This document shows positions 48,326 through 61,020 of a stretch of 64,000 nucleotides of DNA, piece by piece. The translations under genes were made by a program, and so were the position numbers. Within the stretch, counting starts at the first letter, position 1. Every line of letters begins with the position of its first letter. Source of the stretch: Heteronotia binoei (lineage: Eukaryota); the NCBI RefSeq assembly GCF_032191835.1, contig NC_083224.1, forward strand, positions 75,206,001 through 75,270,000. The letters are read 5' to 3'. The notes under the pieces were generated by a model, which was given only the letters and a program-made list of their open reading frames with translations, searched no databases and was not told the DNA's origin.

Positions 48326-51120
48326 TTGCACATTTAACAGCAACAGATCAGAAGACAATACTGTCTTTCAACACATATTGACTTGTTAAGAATGGTAGTG
48401 AATAATCTTCCTCTTCCAGCATTGCTGTAAGCAAAAGCAGGGAAGGGAGTCATTCAACCCAGCAGGGTGACACACTTTTTTTAATGCTGGGAGCCACATG
48501 GTGTTGATTTTTGCCATTCCATTGATCGTTGAAGCTTGGATTCACTCTGGAATGAAGACTCTTCTACCCACTGCAGGTCAGGGGAAATCCTCACCTTAGC
48601 TGAACAAAGATGCTTGTCTAGGAAAAGTGGCAATAGAGCCTTAGCTAGGAAAGGGAAACTAAAGCAACCTAGTTGTGTCTATCTCATATGTATGGTCTGT
48701 CTGGCTTTGCTCTCCCTTTGGAACAGATTGTCTCATTTATAGAAACATACTTTGGACTGTGATTATCCTTCTGACACAGCTGTAGAATGGTCTTCTTACA
48801 GCAGCTCTTGTGGCACATTGTTTGTCTTGAGAAGCTCATTGCTGCTTTTGTGTAATTTGGCCAACAGCAGCATTTAAGTAGAAGAAAAATTACAGTGAAC
48901 TCAGTGGCCTTTTTTGTCCCTGTTTTTATGTGGGACAGAATTGTTAAAGTCCTTTAGTGACCTGATGTCATTTTATTAGAGCAGCTAGCAATGAATTGAG
49001 GCTGAAGCTGTAAATGGTTCCGCATTGATGCCTTATTAGTGTACCAGCAGTATTCTTTGTTTTTATTGTCCTTTCCCTTCCAGGATCTCACTTGCCTTTT
49101 CAGATTCTGATGAATTACTTCCCCCTAGCCATCCTACTTTGGGGGGGTATAGACAGCTACAGCTTTCTGAAAGCCCACCTACCGTTCTTGGGTTTTGTGA
49201 TCTGAGGAGACAAAAGCAACAGAACAAGAAAGAGTTAAATCTTCACTGTGCCTTTTTGGCACCTGATAATTCCCTCACCTTTTAAAATAATTATAGGTGA
49301 TATTTATTGTATAAAATTATAACTTTAAAGCTTTTTTATTGGCCAATTTGATCATTTAGGAAGGTTGAGGTTTAAAAAAAAAGTTAAAATACATTGAAAT
49401 ATGTGTGAGTGAATGTTTAGTCTTGCCACCTGGTACTTTTTGGTTTTTAAAGGTTGTTAGAGCTGTCAGTAGGTTGCTGGGCAGGATCTGCAAAATGTTG
49501 TAAAAGTGCTAAGTGAAACAGTGTTCCAGAGCTTTGTTGTTGTTCAATGCATTCCAATGTGTGCTTATCAGGAGCACAGCAGAACTAGCCTCAGCCGGGT
49601 ATAATATGTATTGCAAGGATTTTGGATTTTTTTATAATTTTCTACGGGTTATATGAAGGAAGGTGGTAGAATATGAATGTCTTGAAAGTGTCACTTGGTC
49701 AAACAATGCAGTTTTGAATGACTGCTAGCATACCTTTTACCTGGTTTATTCCATTAATTCTTTTCTGCTATACTAGCTATGAAAGGCAGTAGATTAAGCA
49801 TAATTTAATATAAAGGAAAAGTTACAGTGTGGGAAAACAAAGCATGTTTTTTGCATAAATAGGAGTGACAGTTGAATGAATAAATTATTCTGGCAAGTAA
49901 CTGGTACAGATATCCTGTGAAGAACTTACCCAATTTTGGTTCAGACAGCATTTCTGACATCACTGATCCATATTGGAGGAACAAGAATGATTGACCATAT
50001 TGCATAATCTGGTTGTGCTCACAGTCTAAGCTGTATTTTTAATTGCCTATATTAATACATTTGGGGAAAACTATCTAAAAAGATGCTTGATTTGATATTA
50101 TAGTACTTGGGGTTGTTCAAGTCACCACAACATAGATTTTCTAGAGCTGGTACCTGAGAATGTGTTCACAAAACGTAGCACTTGATAATATGTGTTTTAC
50201 ATCAGATCCTCTTTTGTGTCTGTTGGATTTCTAATGAATGAGCTTCAAACAAAAACAGCCACTACCAGCTCAAATCAGTATCATGTGAAGCCTGCTGTCT
50301 TGGCTTGCACAGACTGAATAGACTAGGAGAATAGCTGGTTCCAAGTAGTTTTTTTTTTTTTTAAGGGTCTCTTGGAATGAAACACAAGCCCAAAACCTCA
50401 GAATTTTCTGTCTTGGAAAGAATACTTTTTAAAACAAATGGTGGCTCATTGTCTAAATCTAGTATCAGTCAATGCTGTTTTACAAAACAGTTTCTGCTAC
50501 TGCACTTTTCATATTTTGAGGGTTCTTAAATACACGTTTCTTAAAAATGCATGTGCACACACACAGCTGTTTACAAGTTATGCCACACTGCCTCTGATAT
50601 AAAACTTTTATTCTATTTTCCTGTGTTTTATAAGTAAATTGCAAATGATTACAGAAATGGAATCAAGGTGCAGCTGCTGTTTTCTTTTCTATTAGGAAGA
50701 TCTGCATTTCTTCTTGGAGATTGTTTTAAACTTTCCATTCGTTTGCAAGAAAAGGGTGCCTGGTGTCCAATAAAGTAGGGTTTTTAAAGATACTATTCTG
50801 AGCTCATACATTTATTGTGCTTTATATATGTTTAAATGAACAACACATTTATATGCTCAAAACAGTTTCTTTTGGAATTTGCACTTTTTCCTGCTGTCAG
50901 ATTCCTTGTAAGCCAGACATGGCAGGGTTTTCGTTATGCCTACATGGTATCCTCCTGCCCACGTAGTCTAAATAGGAAATGCAATAGGTCTAAAAAGGAA
51001 ATGCAATAGACACCCCCCCCCATTTTATAGTATAGGATTTCCACAATGACATCTTTCATTCTTTCAGCACAATACCCTTGCATCTCTGCAGCAACACTCA
51101 GTTGGATCACATTAAGTGAA

Positions 51121-51176
51121 ATGTAGCCAATAAAATTTTAGAGGTCTTATGTAGCCAATAAAATTTTAGAGGTCTT
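51121..51176 (+). repeat. Perfect 28-bp tandem duplication
   Basis: ATGTAGCCAATAAAATTTTAGAGGTCTT x2. Confidence 0.95.
51129..51162 (+). terminator. Candidate RAB29 poly(A) signals (AATAAA x2; another at 50769)
   Basis: AATAAA at 51129 and 51157, inside a 28-bp tandem duplication about 2.8 kb after the stop codon. No transcript evidence. Confidence 0.3.
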
Positions 51177-51623
51177 GGATGTGGCTAATATCCAATTGAT
51201 AAAATGGTCTTTAATACACAGCTCTTCAGTTAGATATATTTTCTCTTGTGTAGTAATGACACTTAAACAACTAGAACCTTTACTGCATGTGTCTTATTGA
51301 TTGAAAATTTCCCCTAAGCAACTAGTGGTATTTCAGCTCAGTAATTCTCATATTAATAGTATTTTTGAATGTGAAAGTATTTGTTTTAATGTCTCTGACA
51401 ACAGAGCTTTTAGTTGTATCAATCAACAACCAATACAGTATTGAAAAAACTGAATTAAATCTTAAATAAAATGTATGACATTGGTTTCTTGTTTCAATCA
51501 TTTTAACAGCAACTAGACTAAGAGCTGGATTTTTGGGTTTTTTAAAAATAATGATTTGCTCTCCTCGTAACTTATGATGCAATCGTAAGAACACTTAACC
51601 TGCTTATAATTGCTCCTTTAGAG

Positions 51624-51749
51624 TAGATTCAGGTGAGTAGCCATATTTGTCTTAAGCAGCAGAACAAAGCTTGAGTCCAGTGATACCTTTAAGACCTACA
51701 AAAGTTTATTCAAGGTATAAGCTTTCTTATGCATACACGCTTCAGATAC
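51624..51749 (-). mobile_element. Penelope-like pLTR fragment (second family) with a decayed HHR
   Basis: Same tail as the GIY-YIG-encoding copy at 58120-59095 (gagtccagtg..acctttaagac..aagttt.attcaa..taagcttt). Confidence 0.65.
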
Positions 51750-52719
51750 TTCCATTAGAGTGTTTGAGTGATTGCAACTGTTTGCAGTAGCTTATTCCAT
51801 GTAATAAGGGACACTGATCTGTACTTCCACATATGTAGCTAAAGCATATTTGCATCCGTGTTTCTACTGAAATATCTATCTGGATGTCACTGAACTGGCT
51901 GGAACTACCCTTTCACAGAGAGATCAATATAAATGCTGATATGCTTCTCATGGTTGGTTACACCATGCTCAGGCTAGCAGGATGAATTTGGGCAGGTATT
52001 TGTTGTGTTGTTCCTCACTGACTGTGTTGAGCTCAGGTTCACACAGGGTGAAACTGGAACCAATTCTGCACTTAGCACTTTCCTCTTCTGTGCAGGGCTC
52101 CTCCCAGATTCTGCATTGGTATCTTTGGAGCAGAATTGTATGTCCCCTGCTTGCTCCCTGCCCCACACAAACCTCAAGAGCCAAGAACAAGACTAGGACA
52201 AAGACTAATCTGGAATGTGTCTGGGTGTAGCTGTACTCCTTATTGATCCCACTGTAGGAGTGGATGGGGCTCATAGCAGCAGACCACCCAGTAAAGTTAA
52301 TTGTCAATCAGAACAAAGCTGGGAACAGCAGGATTAAAATGAAAACAAATAAGGTTTAAACCCTTCCTGCTATTGAAGTTAGCATATATATGCTGAACAC
52401 ACCCACAATATACTACTTTAATATACCTTAAAATGGCTGTATGATTTTTGCAAGATGCGTTCAAGGACACTGTTGAAAGTTTAGAGTAAACTTGTACTAT
52501 AAATCTGCTGCTGGAAAGTGCTGTCAATTACTTGCTGTTGAGTTATAGCAACCCCATAGGGTTTTCAATGCAAGAGACCTTCACCATAGCCTCAACCTGC
52601 CATCCCGCCTTTTGTCGGAACAAGGTATCAGACCTGATGTACTAAAACAAATGCCCATAGAAAACAACGAGAGGCCTATAATGAATGCTATAATGCTCAT
52701 TAACTTGCATGGGCCCCGA

Positions 52720-54400
52720 AATTACGGAACACAAAAGCTGCAATGAAAAATCACAGATTTGAAGAAACCTGCCATGGGCCTGGCAGCCCCCCCAAGAGAG
52801 AGACGTTCCCTCGCTGGGCCTGGAATCAGGGCTTTGGGACCAGAATGACAGGAGTGGGGAGCTCTGTGAGATAGCGGTAGGGTACGACTCTGCGAGGAAA
52901 CTCCAGTTAGCAACGAGTAGGAGCAGTGGGTCGTGGAAGGGAAGATTGCTGACAGAATCTTGCGAAAAAGGAGAGCTGTTTCATCTATATATTTTCTGCG
53001 ACCTGGCAGACGCTCGCCAGCAAATACAGGTCTGACCAAAACGACAGACGCAGAAACATGAAATATCGCGATATGTGTCACAGACGCGTGGGGTGGGGTT
53101 GAACCTGATTCTCTTTTCCCTCCAAAAACCTAGTCTGGACGTTGTTGTCGAATCTGCTGTTTGAAGGGGAAACTATTAGTTCATTTAAAATCAACAGCAA
53201 ATATCTCGGCTAATTCTCTCGGGCAAAAAACGATCGGTTATTGAGTGGTAGGACATAAATACTAAACCAAACAAGCAAGTATATAGCGAATCTGCCATTG
53301 TCAAATCTTGCCAGTTTTTTCTGGCTGTTGTTGGCTGTCCCCTCTCATAGTAGCTTTAGTGAGCGGGCTCCCCTCCATCTCCTTCACTCCTCCCGCTCGC
53401 AGGAAAAGAGGCGGGGCATCGCTTCCGTGATGGTTCGAACAAGCCAATGGGCAATTGCAATGTCGCGAGCTAGCCAATGAGAAGAAGGGATAGGAGATGC
53501 CAGCTGAGTAGGTTGCACCGCCCTCTCAGCACGGCGCATCCCTTCTGCTGGACGAAGTGCGACCATTTTGCAGGGGGGAGAGGCGAGTGGTGGCGATTGA
53601 CGGTGTAAGAAGGCCTGGTCTGTTGCGCGGGGCGGCCGCCTGAGTCGCTGGACCCGGGGACCAACGGCCCCGCGGGAAGTCGAGCGAGGCCTGCTCAGAC
53701 TGATCTCGGCTATTTCCTCTTCTTAGTTGTTAGCGCCCGCCTCGATTTAATCAACCAAGATGTCTAGGCCCGTCAGGTGAGCCTTTCGCAAATGGAGAAG
53801 GGCCTCGGGCCACCCGCGTCCGTTCAGACGAGGAGTCAGGGATCCGGGCCCTGTCCCATGCAGGGAAGAAAAGGGAGGCCAGAAGTGCGATATGGCGGGA
53901 GATGAGAGGGGAGGGGCGTGTGTAGGCATGCAGCATGCTTCTTGGAGGTGGGGGGGGGATTTCACGCCCTCCGCCCTGCAGGTTCTTTTCCACTGGATGC
54001 AGTGCTGCTTTGGCACAGACAAAGGTCCACGTTTGTTTGAGGGAAGAAGGAACGGTCTGAGGGTTTCACTGTGCGTATGTCGACTGTAGGGAGAGAAGGA
54101 AGGCATGCCACATGCGCATTGTGCGGATGTGTCGCATGCATTTATTGTTCCTGAGAAATAGGAGAAGCATTGTTAGCTTGGACCCGTGTTTCGAATTTTG
54201 TCGCCGAGAGGCGATATGCATTTAATTGGGACTTTTCCTAAGGAGTTGTTCTATATCTGCGTGGGGAGGTTCTTGCTTGCGAAAAGGAAGAGTTCGTAGC
54301 AGAAGAGTGCACCCTGGTGGGAAAGAGCGCATGCACATTTACAATGCACGTTGTGGGGAACTGCGCTTTTTGCAGCAGTGTAGATTTAATCAGAGTTTCA
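52720..54400 (+). promoter_or_regulatory. NUCKS1 CpG-island promoter and 5' UTR
   Basis: High CpG/GC content; GC box GAGGCGGGGC 53408-53417; CCAAT boxes at 53444 and 53474; YY1-like CCATTTT 53563; palindrome ATATCGCGATAT 53063-53074. The region surrounds the NUCKS1 ATG. Confidence 0.85.
53760..53776 (+). CDS. NUCKS1: NUCKS1 first coding exon
   Basis: aagATG TCT AGG CCC GTC AG|gtgag; 17 nt encoding MSRPV(R), the known NUCKS1 N-terminus. Confidence 0.93.
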
Positions 54401-55928
54401 TGCATTAAGGAGGGGGATCTCGTGTTGTTGCGATCTCATTGGGCGGTAGGAAGCAATCAGAGAATCCAGAAAACATTAGTCGACTGGGTTCAACTAGCGA
54501 TGGTTTATTGGGGGAGGGGATCTAAAGGATACTTAAGGAATATTTACTGTACCATTTTAGTCTTGGGTGACATCTTTGATCACTTGCTCAACTTTTACAC
54601 TGTTCTGTAAGTTTGTGGCTGAGGGCCAGATGAACTAGACAGTGACCTGGAATGATCTGATCTTTTTAAATTATATTGCCACAAGTTTGTATCCTTATGT
54701 GGCCATGGATTCAGTCAGCACAAAAAACAGAGTCGAGATACTGTGCATTTTAGTTATTTCTAACTTGCATTCAAGTGAATGTTGTCACATTTATATCCCT
54801 GCTCCAAGGAACTAAGTGGTTTATTTGTTTGTTTATATTATTTATAATGCACCATTCTCACTTGGACTCAAGGCGGATTACACAAAGTCAGTGTAATTAA
54901 TAGGAAAGGGCATTCAGTAAGCAGTACATTAGGGCATGGGTTGTAGAACCAATGAGAAATCTAAAAACAGAACTAAAGCATAAGTATTAACATTACACAT
55001 TAATAATATTAAGATTACACTGTAGTTTCAGGAAGCTAAACGGGGGGAGAGGTGGTTTTGCAGATGTGAGGATCCAGAGTCCTAAAGGGCTTTGTGTGTG
55101 ATAGTCAGTAACTTAAATAGAGCCCAATAACTGATGGGCAGCTAGTGGAATGACTGTAGCATGGGAGTAGTATGCGTGGCTCCACCTTGCTTCTGATAAT
55201 AACTAAACTAGCTTTCTGCACCAGCTGTAGTTTTCAGGTTGACTTTGCAGTGAGACCAATGTACAGTGCATTAAATTAGTCTAGTCTCAGTGTTACTGTG
55301 GATTAAGGTGGCCAGAACAGCTGTATCAAGGTAAGAGGCCATATTTTGAGCTATGCTGAGTTGGAATAAAGCGTTTTTTGCATCTGCATTAGCTTGTTTT
55401 CCCAGCAGCAGCATTGGGTCCTGTATAATCCAAAGGCTCTTAACCATGTCAGTAAGGGTCAGCTAAACACCATCAGAAGTGGGGAACATAATGTCCTTCA
55501 AGATCTCCACCTTTCCAACTAGCGTTATTTCCATCTTGTCAGAGCTTGGTTTCAATTTATTCACTCAGCCAATTTACCACATCAGCAGGGCAGCAATTCA
55601 GGACCTCTGCTGCATCACCAGGAACCTTGGATAAGATTATGTAGAACTCACATTGTATACGTATTGATGACAGTCAACCCCAAAGCTATGAATGATTTGT
55701 CATATGAGCATTACGTAGAGACTGAAAAGAAAGCATGGGAGATAGAATTGGGTCCTGTGGAACTCGACAGTTAGGTCCCATGGTGATGTTAGATCCATTT
55801 CCTTTTTCCTGAGGACTGCATAAGAGTGTGAACTTCATGTCTGATAGATTATTTGAATTTAAAATGCTCCAGTCAAAGTCTAGCTCTCCATTCTATATCT
55901 CATAGGTGGGAGCCAATATAGGTGTAAT

Positions 55929-56116
55929 CAGAGCTTTTTTTTGAGCAGGAATGCAGTTCCGGCTGGCTCAGTGTCAGGGGGTGTGGCCTAATATGCAAAT
56001 AGATTCCTGCTGGGCTTTTTCTACAAAAAGCCCTATGTGAAACAATGGTGACATCAGGGGGTGTGGCCTAATATGCAAATGAGTTCCTGCTGGGCTCTTC
56101 ATACCAAAAAAGCTTG
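55929..56116. mobile_element. MITE with an internal duplication in NUCKS1 intron 1
   Basis: cagagctttttttgagcagg...aaaaaagcttgg termini; two copies of caggggtgtggcctaatatgcaaat..ttcctgctgggct. Confidence 0.65.
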
Positions 56117-57646
56117 GGTGTAATGGTTAGAAGCTGGACTAGACCTGTCCTTCCTTGTCTTGAAATGTTGGGACAGTTATGCTCTCTTAGAATAGCCACA
56201 GAGTTGTTGTGAGAGTACAACAGAGAAAAACTATGCATGGTGAAGTGGGACTGTGGGCCACCAGAAAAATAAAAATGTGTTCATTGTTACACTTATAAAC
56301 ACTAAAATATGAGCTTTTTTCAGATTAACTAATAACTGCTAACATTAAGGGATCATTCTGCTAGAGACAATCCACTTTGCAAAGGACTTATGGTGTCTAA
56401 AGCTGCTGAAGTTTAAATGTCCAATATGAAATAAATGTCTTCTCCCACTTAAATTTTTAGTTAATATGTACACTTTAATCAACATCCAAACTGGAAGGCA
56501 AATGTATGTGTATGAATACCAAAAAATTGTTTTTGAGGGAATCACGTGTTAATTGGATTTATACTTAAATACTTAAACTCAATGAATTATGATCTGACAG
56601 GAGGTGAGACTATGTGTCCCTACTGGGAGTTCAGCTTCCCTGATTATCACTTAAGTGTTTTGCTTTTGGGTACAACTGGGCAGAGTTGCTTTTCATCATT
56701 TGTATTTAATGTCATGACCTAGTAGCTCTGGATGAGTAGTTACAGTGAGCTTCAAATTTACAATAGTTTTGCTGTTAGTTATGAGGATAGGATGTTGTAT
56801 ATAAACTTAAAATTGAATTTGGGAGCTAACCAGGCTTGCCTGTAACTTCTAAATCTCTTAAGGCGAAATTCCACAAGTAATTATTCCATTCAAGAACAAT
56901 AATTTTTTTTAAATTTTACTATAAAATCATGCCTGAATCATCCAAAAATTTTCTAAACATAGCAGACTTTATTTTGTAAAGTCATAACACTTGCTATTAG
57001 TCTAAATCTGATTATCTGCAGAGGAGGAATCTGCCTCACCACAGAGTAGAACTGTTGTGGCCCAGAGCTGCCTTGCATGTTTGGCCTGTTAATTCTTTTG
57101 AGTCCAGCTGGACAGGATATTGACAGACTATGGATGGGCACAAACGGGGAAAATGCAGGTTCGTGTTTTGATTTGTACCCATTCCTATGACAGACTCATC
57201 CTGTGCCCTTTCCACATTTTAAAAAAGTGTATTGTAACCATATACAACTTCAGTTTGGATCAAGAGCACACAAAGAAGTGGAGTATATTGCAGTTTCAGA
57301 ACCTCTCATGCTGTTAGTAGCCTTGGAAGGAAAAACGTGTCATCTTTTTTTCTGTTCCAGATTTGCTTAATAGCTGTGGTCATGGGGAAGCAGTTTTGAT
57401 TTGTAGTCTGATACAGGTGCATAGACCATAATGGTATATTCCTTTGGTTTATTCTGGTTTAGAAACAGATAAAACCTTGAATTGTATTTTAAAATCTGAA
57501 TATGTATTCAAGTGGGAGTCTCCAATTATGCTGTACCTGTAAGGAGAGGAGGGATGGAGCATGCCAAAATCAGATTTGTGCTTATCCTGCTCAGACCTCT
57601 GTTTGTTCATGATTTTAATGGGAAGACTATAGATAGTAGCCTACCT

Positions 57647-57785
57647 CAGGGGTGACCAACGGTAGCTCTCCAGATGTTTTTTTTTGCCTACAACTCCCAT
57701 CAGCCCCAACCAGCATGGCTAATGGCTGGGGCTGATGGAAGATGTAGGCAAAAAACATCTGGAGAGCTACCGTTGGCCACCCCTG
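57647..57785. mobile_element. hAT MITE (palindromic)
   Basis: CAGGGGTGACCAACGGTAGCTCTCCAGATG...CATCTGGAGAGCTACCGTTGGCCACCCCTG; 8-bp TSD GCCTACCT / GCCTACTT. Confidence 0.88.
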
Positions 57786-58119
57786 GCCTACTTTTTTATT
57801 TTGTTAGGGTGTTCTTTAATTTCATTGGTATGGGCTCCTTGCCCACTAGTCAAGCAGAATTTTTCCTCACCCCATAACTTCAGACATCTTCACTTTATGT
57901 TAAATTGTTTCACAGTTCATTTGTGCACTCAACATAAGTATTAAACAGGTTGCTGATTAAAATATCTTTCATTCTAATAAAGTTTTAAAATGCATGACTG
58001 TTACTTGGCAGTTTTTGACTGTTGAAGCTGTGAAAGGGCAGTGTCTCAAACAGGATCCTAGAACTATGAAATTAGAGTCAGGGAATATGTTTCCACCCCA
58101 TCAGCTCTATCTTACAGCC

Positions 58120-59095
58120 AGAGAACAAAATTGGAGTCCAGTGGTACCTTTAAGATGAACAAAGTTTTATTCAATGTGTAAGCTTTTGTGTGCACACACA
58201 CTTTTTCTGATATATTGAAATGAAGTTACCAGCCCATGCATATAGGTAGAGGGTAAGCAGCAAATTAGCATAAAGCATAATGAAGATGCCAGAATCAAAC
58301 AGGAATAACAAGCTTAGTTTATATGGTCACCATTTGTTTGGATTTCGGGCGAAACATAGTGCAGCAAATAAATATATCAAAATTGAAGAGTGATGGGCAG
58401 ATGTACCCTTCTTAATTGTGGAATGTTGAGACTAATTAACTGAGACCCTGTTATTATACTCCATCCATCTCCTCTCAAACATGGAGGTAACTAACAGCAT
58501 CCTTTTCTTTAACGTGGTGTGATTGGTTGTGCAGTGTTATGTCTCTTCTGTTACCAAATCAGAGGATCCAATCTATTATTCCAAATTAGAAATGCAATAA
58601 AATAATGAGGACGTATGGCCTTTCTCAGTGAGATTACATATGTAAGGACTGAATGAGATTAGCATATGTAGTGACATAAGAAACCAATATCCCTGTTAAT
58701 TCCCGGGATTTTTTGTTCAAGGGGTTGTAAAGCAATTTCCCTTTCCAGTCTGTTCCTGAAGTTCCTTTGCAATAAAATAGCTGCTTTGAGGTCACCCACT
58801 GAATGTCCTGGAAGGCTTAAGTGTTCTCCTACAGGTTTCTCAGTCTTGTGATTCTTAATGTCAGATTTGTGTCCATTTATCTTTTGGTGTAGGGTTTGAC
58901 CTGTTTGCCCTGTGTAGAGAACAGACGGGCATTGTTGGCATTGAATAGAATATACAGTGTTAGAAGATAAGTGAATGAGCCTGAGATGGCATATTTCATG
59001 TTGTTAGGTCCAGTGATTGCACTGCCTGGGTGTGTGTGACAGCAAAGTTGGCATCTGGGTTTATTGCAAGCTCTGGTACCAGTGTCCATGTTCAA
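58120..59095 (-). mobile_element. Penelope-like element 3' part with a degenerate GIY-YIG endonuclease
   Basis: Minus strand gives GTRACNKPRCQLCCHTHPG...GSFT then, after a frameshift, QCQQCPSVLYTGQTGQTLHQKINGHKSDIKNHKTEKPVGEH...; a pLTR tail follows. Confidence 0.88.
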
Positions 59096-60559
59096 GCTAT
59101 ATGTTGTATTATTTTGTGTTTGATGTTGTATTATTTTTACAGCCAGAGAGTTGGATTTGAGGCTAGATGAGCAGCTTTCTGCTCAGTAGTTAGAATTACA
59201 GAGCATGTATTCAGTGCCATTTTATCTCACTCTTCCTCCAAGGAGTTTAAGTTCTTTCTATTTTATCCTCACAGCACCCATTTGAGATAGGTTAGACTGG
59301 GGAAATGATTGGCCGAAAGTCATGCATTAAGCTTCATTGCAAACAGGGATTTGAACTTGGATGTCCCTGGTTCTAATTTAACACTACATCACAGGGTAGC
59401 CATGACACTTCCAGTCATGGAGCTTGGCAGTCTCATGCTATTCAACAGAGGAAAAATTCTGAACAGTTATTACTTTTGCTTATCCTAGCAAGTTCTTTAG
59501 AAATCTAGAACTCATTCTGAACTTTTAAAAAATGCTTCCATAGAATGGAAACTTATATCCTTGGTTGCTTATTAATCCTTCTCACATTAGATGGCAAACT
59601 GTTCTTTATTCTGCTGTACAAATTTACTTGAAGGAGTGCCGTGCTGATACTTAAGGATCAATGTTCCTTTTCTCAAGTGAAAGGAGAAATAGTAGATGTT
59701 GGACAATGATGATTGAGTTATTTGGGGATTGACATTTACTAGAGAAGAGGGTGATAGTAAGTATACAGTTTGAAGAGTAGGTAGGACAACTCTGTGCCCC
59801 CTTATCTCCAGTATTTGTTTTTGTAGGTAGAATAAGAAGAAAAGATTGACCTCTGAGTGTGCTGCTGGGTGAATGTTGCTCAAGATATGAATAGGAAGTC
59901 AGGGAAGTTTAAATCTTTTGTTGCGGAAACTGTTGTCCTTGCCACCAGATTAACTAAGAGCCACTGTAGTGGTTAGAGTGCTGAATAAGAATGCAGGAGC
60001 CCCAGGTTCAGACACATAGTCTGCTTTGGAAGCTGACTGGGTGATATTGGACCAGTCAGACACTCTAAGCCTCTGCTACTACACAGGTTAGTTATTAGGG
60101 TAAAATGGAAGAAGCCTAATACATTACCTTGGACCAGTCATTTCCCCAGCCTAACCTACCTGAAATGGGTGCTGTGAGGATAAAACGACTCCTTAGTATT
60201 AGAAAAGCATTGGATGCAGCTTGAGTGGGAAACTTGTGGAAATTATGGACTCTCCTTGTATGAACAGACGTGCCTTCCATTCTCACAAGGGTACCCTTGG
60301 ATCCAACCCAGGGGTCTTACAGTGTACAGTAGGTGGGCAAGGAGAGAGTTAGACTCGATTAGTGAGTAGCAGGACTGGGGATATGGGAAGGTTAGAACAG
60401 GTCCAGAACAACATTTGAAAATATTCAGCATGCAGAATTGGGATGCCTGGTAATCTTTAATAATCACAAAGTTGCAAAAATCAATACATTTGTTTGAACT
60501 CCATCAAATCCCACAGGGCATAGATATTAGTTGTTTGGAGGGAGTTTTACCAGATTCAA

Positions 60560-61020
60560 GTCGGCAGAAATCACCCTGACCCTCGTCAAAGACATTTGGA
60601 TATCCTTCAGGCTGGGAACCACTAGTAAGTTCTGATCTACAGAGCACAATGCTCGTCTGGGAGTATACTGGGAGAGGTGGTCCCGAAGATATGTGAGTCC
60701 CTGACTGTTAAGGGCCTTAAAAGATCAACACCAGAACCTTGAACTTCAGTCTGGTATTCCACCAGAAGCCTGTGCAGCTTTTGCCGCACAGGATGGATGT
60801 GTGCTGTATGTGGGGAGCACGTAAGGATATGTGCCACTGCATTCTGTACCAGTTTGTGTTTCTGGTTAGGCCCACATAGAGCAAGTTACAGTAGTCTAAT
60901 CTGGAGGTGACCATTGGGTGGATTACTGTGGCTAGAACAGGACGAGACAGGTAGGAAGCCAGTTGCCTAACCTGGTGCAGTTGGAAAGATGCCAGTTTGG
61001 CAATATTTCTGACCTAAGCC
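60560..61020 (-). mobile_element. L2 LINE fragment
   Basis: Minus ORF 60717-60914 contains VTSRLDYCNLLYVGL and LKFKVLVLIF, typical of the L2 ORF2 C-terminus. Confidence 0.8.
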
